Shown: in pieces, positions 59,298 through 64,000 of the stretch
Layout of the letters: every line of letters begins with the position of its first letter
How positions within the stretch are numbered: position 1 is the first letter of the stretch
Source of the DNA: Chloroflexota bacterium
Lineage (GTDB): Bacteria; Chloroflexota; Anaerolineae; Anaerolineales; UBA11579
Direction: 5' to 3'
Length of the DNA: 64,000 nucleotides
Assembly: GCA_013112575.1 (NCBI GenBank)
Contig: JABFGG010000007.1
Coordinates: 184,934 to 248,933, forward strand
Notes under the pieces: generated by a model
What the model was told of the DNA's origin: nothing
Seen by the model: only the letters and a program-made list of their open reading frames with translations
The model's database searches: none
Program-made: the position numbers and the translations under genes

Positions 59298-60641
59298 TCA
59301 AGACTCAAGTTTCTTCAATAGGACAGAATCGGTGCGGCGTTGGCGGCGCTTGAGACGCCAGCTCAACAGGCTGCTTTCATAAACCGACCGCAGGCGCAGG
59401 ATGGCCCAGAAGGCCCCGATAGAGGCCAGCACGGCCACTGCCAGGTAAACGATGCTCATATCCCGGTTCTGTACCAATCCGATAATGACGATGGCTCCGG
59501 CCACAACACAGGCCAGCATGGTGCCGACTGAAGGCAAGTAACTTTCCATCATAGTGCTTACACGCCCGCGCCGTTCTTCAGGCACCAGGCCCTGGAAGGA
59601 CTTGCGTCCAGATTCATCCACGGTGTCGCGCACCAGTTTGACCGTCACCATAGCGATGACCGCCATCGAAAGTCCCGGCAACAGGATCATACCGATTGCC
59701 CCGATCAATGCAGCTGCGGGGAAGATGAAGAATGTATTTTTTAACTCCATGGCCGTGATCATGCGACTGGTGATGAAGGCCTGGATGCCCAATGCCACCA
59801 CGGTCACACCCAGACGGTACAGGCTGAAGAATTGTTGGTAACTGGCCTGCGTGGTGAAGATGGCATCACTCACTACCAGGAAGCGGAATTCGATGATCGT
59901 ATCGGCCACAGCCAAAAAGAGAATGGCGTACATCATGAAGCGGAAAGAAGGCACGTCCGTCATGAAATCCCAGCCTTCTCTTAAGGTTTTTCTTATAGGT
60001 TCGCTTTGCTGCACCGTTTTGCGAATATCGACATTGCGCAAGCCCATTGTGATGAGCACATAGGCCACCAGATAGATCACAATATTGATCAGCAAAATTT
60101 CTTCAAGGGGAATGCCCAGTGCCAAAAAGATCGAGGGGGAGATCGCCGCGATGCCAATACCCAACAGTTTGCCCACAAAATTCCAACTCGAGATCACCGG
60201 GAAGAGGCGTTTGCTCTGGTCAAGCTTAAAGATGTCATTGGCCAGTACCCAGAAGATCAGCGGATAGAGTACATATTGCTGTTCAGCGATCAGGTACATC
60301 AGAGAATAATTCAGCCAATCCGGTGCGCCGATCCAGAACATAACCCGCAGGACCAGGAAGATCACGGCAAAGGCCAATGTTGCCCAACGTATCAGTTTGA
60401 CTCGGTCAAAACGGTCCACGATCAGGCTTTGCAATCCACCCAGCAGCATGATCAAGGCATAATCGATGAACAGGATCAGCAGAATCTGGTTGACACCACC
60501 TGCATTGAGGAAACCGCTGACAGAAACAATCCCCGCGATTTGCATTGCTATAGAGTTGATTAGCAATACAAAACCCAGCACGAAGACCAAAGACCCCTCC
60601 CCGGACTGGATGCGCAGTAGCCGCATAAGAGCTTGTCTCAT
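59298..60641 (-). CDS. 12-TM carrier of the MFS-like / ATP:ADP-antiporter (TLC, Npt1/Npt2)-related type
   Basis: 447 aa. The N-terminus LLRIQSGEGSLVFVLGFVLLINS and the overall pattern resemble the TLC-like membrane module that is often fused to cNMP-binding/HEAT domains in other bacteria. This assignment is by resemblance only. Confidence 0.5.
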   Translation of the reverse strand: MRQALMRLLRIQSGEGSLVFVLGFVLLINSIAMQIAGIVSVSGFLNAGGVNQILLILFIDYALIMLLGGLQSLIVDRFDRVKLIRWATLAFAVIFLVLRVMFWIGAPDWLNYSLMYLIAEQQYVLYPLIFWVLANDIFKLDQSKRLFPVISSWNFVGKLLGIGIAAISPSIFLALGIPLEEILLINIVIYLVAYVLITMGLRNVDIRKTVQQSEPIRKTLREGWDFMTDVPSFRFMMYAILFLAVADTIIEFRFLVVSDAIFTTQASYQQFFSLYRLGVTVVALGIQAFITSRMITAMELKNTFFIFPAAALIGAIGMILLPGLSMAVIAMVTVKLVRDTVDESGRKSFQGLVPEERRGRVSTMMESYLPSVGTMLACVVAGAIVIIGLVQNRDMSIVYLAVAVLASIGAFWAILRLRSVYESSLLSWRLKRRQRRTDSVLLKKLES

Positions 60642-60684
60642 AAGCAGTGAGTTTTCTCCTCAAGACCTCTTTATTTAGTCGTTC

Positions 60685-61440
60685 TTAGGCCAGTAAACGG
60701 TCTGCCAGTTTCTGAAGTTCCTGCGTCACCGGATGATCGGGGTATTCCAATGCAAATATGCCCGCACTCGCTAATACCATCAACTCATCGGCATGCGGCA
60801 TCAACGCAGCCACTTCAGTATTATAGGTTTTCCCGATGGTCGCTTTGACTTCTTCAAAATCAAAAACTGCAGGCACTTTATTGACCGCCATCAGCAATTC
60901 CGCTACTTCCAACTTACGTGCCACTTCCACGGTCACACTCGTTCCCAGGTAGTCTTGCTGGTCGGGGCGCAAGATAAGCAGAACAATGTCCGAAATGGCA
61001 ATGGACAATAGCGTTTCCTCGTTCAGGCCCGGATGGGTGTCGATCAATAGGGCGTCCAGTTCCAGCTTCTTGATCAGTTCCTGAAAACCGGAGTCCAAAA
61101 GCCCTACGTCATAACCTTCGCGTAACACGCGTGCAATTTCACCCGCGTTCAGGCTGGAAGGAATCAGGAAGACTTTGCCATCAACAGGAGTCTTGAGGTT
61201 GCCGGTCACGTCATAGGCTGCGTCCGAGATGGAACACTGCCCCCACAGATAATCATTGAGGGAGTTTTTCATGTCGGACTGCTCAAGGCCAAACAGCGTA
61301 TTGATGCCTGGTGATTGGATGTCTGTATCCACTACACCCACGCGCAGGCCCCTTTGTGCCAGCAGGGTTACCAGGTTGGCGGTAGTATTCGACTTGCCTG
61401 TACCACCGCGATAAGAATGTATGGAAATGATCTTTGCCAT
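60685..61440 (-). CDS. ParA/MinD-family P-loop ATPase
   Basis: 251 aa. Deviant Walker A SYRGGTGKSNTTANL, switch regions VVDTDIQSPG and LLIDTHPG. Confidence 0.8.
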   Translation of the reverse strand: MAKIISIHSYRGGTGKSNTTANLVTLLAQRGLRVGVVDTDIQSPGINTLFGLEQSDMKNSLNDYLWGQCSISDAAYDVTGNLKTPVDGKVFLIPSSLNAGEIARVLREGYDVGLLDSGFQELIKKLELDALLIDTHPGLNEETLLSIAISDIVLLILRPDQQDYLGTSVTVEVARKLEVAELLMAVNKVPAVFDFEEVKATIGKTYNTEVAALMPHADELMVLASAGIFALEYPDHPVTQELQKLADRLLA

Positions 61441-61508
61441 GAATGCTTGCTCCTCTCAGGTTATGCACTCTTCCAAAGAGTAATATTAACTAATTGTAGT
61501 TTATCGCT

Positions 61509-62804
61509 TTAATCCTGACTACGCTCGTGGGTTTGCTGCCAACTACGCGGCTCGATGGTGCGCTTTTTCCCCGCCAGCAAACCCGCCACGCCCTGTTGTT
61601 TATTTTCGCGTTGGCGTGCCTGGCAGGCTTCACAGGTTTCCGGGTCGTGAGACTCGTATTCATCGGCCTGGGTATAGGTGCTGATAAAGCCTTCGTAGTT
61701 GCGCACCACCACCTTGTCCTCCGACATGCTCATCAAATAATTGGGCAGGATGGGCACTTTGCCACCGCCGCCCGGCGCATCTATCACGTAAGTTGGGATG
61801 GCATAACCCGAGGTGTGCCCACGCAAGGCTTCCATGATCTCAATACCTTTGGCCACCGGCGTACGGAAATGACCTGCACCCTGCACCAGATCACACTGGT
61901 ACAGATAATAGGGACGCACGCGATTGCGCACGAGGGTATGCACCATATCCAGGATGATATTGGGGCAGTCATTGATACCCGCCATCAACACCGACTGTGA
62001 ACCCAACGGGAAACCGGCATCGGCCAGTTTAGCAACTGCTTGCACAACATCTGGCGCCATTTCTTTGGCGTGGTTTATGTTCAAATGTATCCACAAGGGT
62101 TGGTGGCGGCGCAGCATGTCCACGAGTTCATCCGTGATACGCTGGGGTAGGAACATAGGTACTTTGGTATTCAGTCTCACGATCTCGACATGGGAAATGT
62201 CATTCAGACGCGTCAGCAAATTATCCAGTATTTTGGCAGGCAAAATCAGTGGGTCACCCCCCGATAACAGCACATCGCGGATCTGCGGGTTGGCTTCAAT
62301 ATAGGCGATCTGCCGTTCATAGTCATGGGAACCAAAATTCTCTGCAGGGTCGCCCACGATACGGCTGCGTGTGCAGAAGCGGCAGTAGCTAGCACATTGT
62401 GTTGTGGTCATCATCAACACACGATCCGGATAACGGTGCACCAGCCCCGGTACAGGCGAATGCTGGTCTTCCGCTAATGAATCGACCATCTGTGCATCAA
62501 AGGAGACCAACTCTTGCCCCAGGGGCATCACCTGTCTGCGAATCGGGCACTGGGGGTCATCCGGGTCCATCAGGCTGGCGTAGTAAGGCGTCACATCCAC
62601 CCGGAAGGCGCCAGGAGCCGACAAGCCTGCGATCTCATCTTCTGTTAGATTGAGGATGGGTGAGAAATCCTCCACGGTATTCAAGCGGTGGCTCAACTGC
62701 CAGCGCCAGTCATTCCACTTCTCCATAGGAACATCTTCCCAGGGAGTTGGCGGCGTTACCAGACGATGCTCTTCATTTAATGCAGTATCTATTTTCGTGG
62801 TCAT
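61509..62804 (-). CDS. kamA: L-lysine 2,3-aminomutase (KamA/AblA family radical SAM enzyme)
   Basis: 431 aa. It is colinear by eye with Clostridium KamA over the full length: WNDWRWQLSHR, VTPYYASLMDPDDPQCPIRRQ, SPVPGLVHRYPDRVL, radical SAM CASYCRFCTR, DVLLSGGDPL, RPYYLYQCDLVQGAGHFRTP, GYAIPTYVIDAPGGGGK, and a C-terminal Cys cluster. Confidence 0.9.
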   Translation of the reverse strand: MTTKIDTALNEEHRLVTPPTPWEDVPMEKWNDWRWQLSHRLNTVEDFSPILNLTEDEIAGLSAPGAFRVDVTPYYASLMDPDDPQCPIRRQVMPLGQELVSFDAQMVDSLAEDQHSPVPGLVHRYPDRVLMMTTTQCASYCRFCTRSRIVGDPAENFGSHDYERQIAYIEANPQIRDVLLSGGDPLILPAKILDNLLTRLNDISHVEIVRLNTKVPMFLPQRITDELVDMLRRHQPLWIHLNINHAKEMAPDVVQAVAKLADAGFPLGSQSVLMAGINDCPNIILDMVHTLVRNRVRPYYLYQCDLVQGAGHFRTPVAKGIEIMEALRGHTSGYAIPTYVIDAPGGGGKVPILPNYLMSMSEDKVVVRNYEGFISTYTQADEYESHDPETCEACQARQRENKQQGVAGLLAGKKRTIEPRSWQQTHERSQD

Positions 62805-62961
62805 TCTTGCTTCTCAAGTGTTATAAGAAATTCACAATGGATATACAATTAGTTGAGAGAGTTAAGCTAAAAGGGTCGCCAACCGAAAGTATAATAGACA
62901 ATCACATACAAAAAGATTGCATTTACGTAAGACCCTTTTTGGAATTATTTATCGACCAACT

Positions 62962-63537
62962 ATGCAGACACGATACGAAAACGTAGATTACACGAAACTG
63001 AGCGATGAAGAACTTGTAAAACATGCTCAGCAAGGTGCCCTGGATGCCTTTTCTACTTTATATGAAAGGCATCTGAACAGTGTCTACAAACGCGTGTGGT
63101 ATGGTGTGCCCGAGCAAGATGTTGAGGATGTCACCCAGGAGGTCTTCATTGCGGCCATGAAATCGCTGAAGAGTTTCCGGGGCGACGCCAAATTCACTAC
63201 CTGGCTGCGCACACTGACTACCCGTAAAGTAGCAGACTACTACCGGCGCACACGCCGGAAAAGCGCCGATTTATCGGCAGAAATGGAATTGAAAGAAGAA
63301 CACGAAAACCTCCCTGTCCAGGAAAGCGGCCTGAGCACCGTTGAGCGGATTCACTTACAAGATGCCCTCAATCAGGTGCCGGAACATTACCGCGAGGTGG
63401 TTCTGTTGCGTTTTGCAGAAGGTTTGAGCTTCAAGGAGATCGCCCAGGTTCAGGGCAATTCATTGGAAGCCACCAAATCCCTCTTCCGGCGTGCTATTGC
63501 AGCCCTGAAGACACAGGTCGGAGAAAGCCATGCCTGA
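62962..63537 (+). CDS. ECF-type RNA polymerase sigma factor
   Basis: About 191 aa from ATG 62962. Region 2: DAFSTLYERHLNSVYKRVWYGV..EDVTQEVFIAA, FTTWLRTLTTRKVADYYR. Region 4: YREVVLLRFAEGLSFKEIAQVQGNSLEATKSLFRRA. Confidence 0.85.
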   Translation: MQTRYENVDYTKLSDEELVKHAQQGALDAFSTLYERHLNSVYKRVWYGVPEQDVEDVTQEVFIAAMKSLKSFRGDAKFTTWLRTLTTRKVADYYRRTRRKSADLSAEMELKEEHENLPVQESGLSTVERIHLQDALNQVPEHYREVVLLRFAEGLSFKEIAQVQGNSLEATKSLFRRAIAALKTQVGESHA

Positions 63538-64000
63538 AGATCGCAACCCCGAAAACGAGCAGGTCGACAAAGAACTGGCTGATTATACAGACAGGCTCAT
63601 AGACGAGAATCAGGTCACTGACGATGAACCGGCTGGTCTGGGCCGTACTGTGGAGCAACTTTGGGCCATGAGCAAAGACAGCACACCCACCCCAGATACA
63701 AGAAAGCGTATTCATTCCGCCATTCAAGATGAATGGCGTCAAACCTATGGGGAAGATGCCACACGATCAATCTGGCAACGTGTTGTCGCTTTCTTCATAC
63801 CCCCAGAAAATGAGTGGCGCTCACGACAGAAAATTCAACGTGTGGCCGTTACCCGTATCGCCGTGGCGGCAGTTATGGTGCTGGCCGTTGGATTAGCCAT
63901 CACTGGCGGGGGCGACTCATCCACTGGAACAGCCGGTAATGGCGGCGTTCTGCCCTGGATAATCACTGGTGTGGTCGTCGTCGCAGGATTCCTGTGGTTG
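63530..64000 (+). CDS. Putative anti-sigma factor / membrane protein (3'-truncated by the window edge)
   Basis: This ORF was hand-translated and is not in the track because it lacks a stop. The ATG at 63530 overlaps the sigma gene end by 8 nt: MPEDRNPENEQVDKELADYTDRLIDEN... TM helices: RIAVAAVMVLAVGLAI and WIITGVVVVAGFLWL. The function is inferred from position only. Confidence 0.4.
   Translation, partial: MPEDRNPENEQVDKELADYTDRLIDENQVTDDEPAGLGRTVEQLWAMSKDSTPTPDTRKRIHSAIQDEWRQTYGEDATRSIWQRVVAFFIPPENEWRSRQKIQRVAVTRIAVAAVMVLAVGLAITGGGDSSTGTAGNGGVLPWIITGVVVVAGFLWL

Noticed and set aside
62805-62961. Lysine (L-box) riboswitch upstream of kamA
   Set aside because: The leader is too short (about 110-150 nt) and AT-rich, and it lacks the conserved multi-helix junction sequences I would expect from an L-box.

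Overview
This is a 64-kb chromosomal window, about 55% GC by eye. The 16S signatures (GGATTAGAAACCCCGGTAGTCC, ACGTAGGATCCAAGCGTTATCCGGATTTACTGGGCG) and the gene content look Chloroflexota/Anaerolineae-like, but this is tentative because no search was possible. Gene order, left to right: (1) the 3' part of a peptide ABC transporter; (2) a DUF3592 / MoaD-like / BNR-propeller string; (3) DUF1684, DUF2652 and a secreted protein; (4) two tandem tRNA-Ala genes followed by a T-box leader with Leu codons, then leuS; (5) a decayed IS5-family transposase relic; (6) miaB; (7) two SH3b-type lipoproteins; (8) three tandem paralogous MFS transporters; (9) an AT-rich divergent promoter island; (10) an alpha/beta hydrolase; (11) two tandem PilZ proteins; (12) a DUF3179 plus DM13 pair; (13) two paralogous GT-C-like membrane proteins; (14) comEC; (15) an aldo/keto reductase; (16) a complete rrn operon on the minus strand (16S, tRNA-Ile, tRNA-Ala, 23S, 5S) directly downstream of dnaX-ybaB-recR; (17) a NadM / vWA-Zn-ribbon / pyruvate-kinase-like / NadE operon; (18) a Vps62-related membrane protein pair; (19) a DegV...SixA...DEAD-box string; (20) a cAMP signalling pair; (21) a five-gene operon of lysine 2,3-aminomutase, ParA/MinD-like ATPase, TLC/MFS-like carrier, Cache-HAMP sensor and ATP-grasp ligase; (22) an ECF sigma/anti-sigma pair. 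I saw no CRISPR array, no intact mobile element and no recognisable known defence system. The best candidates for something undescribed are the KamA-centred operon with its flanking cAMP module, where two different sensor proteins share a C-terminal coiled-coil motif, and the NAD operon with two unexpected inserted genes. All family assignments come from motif recognition by eye and need HMM confirmation.
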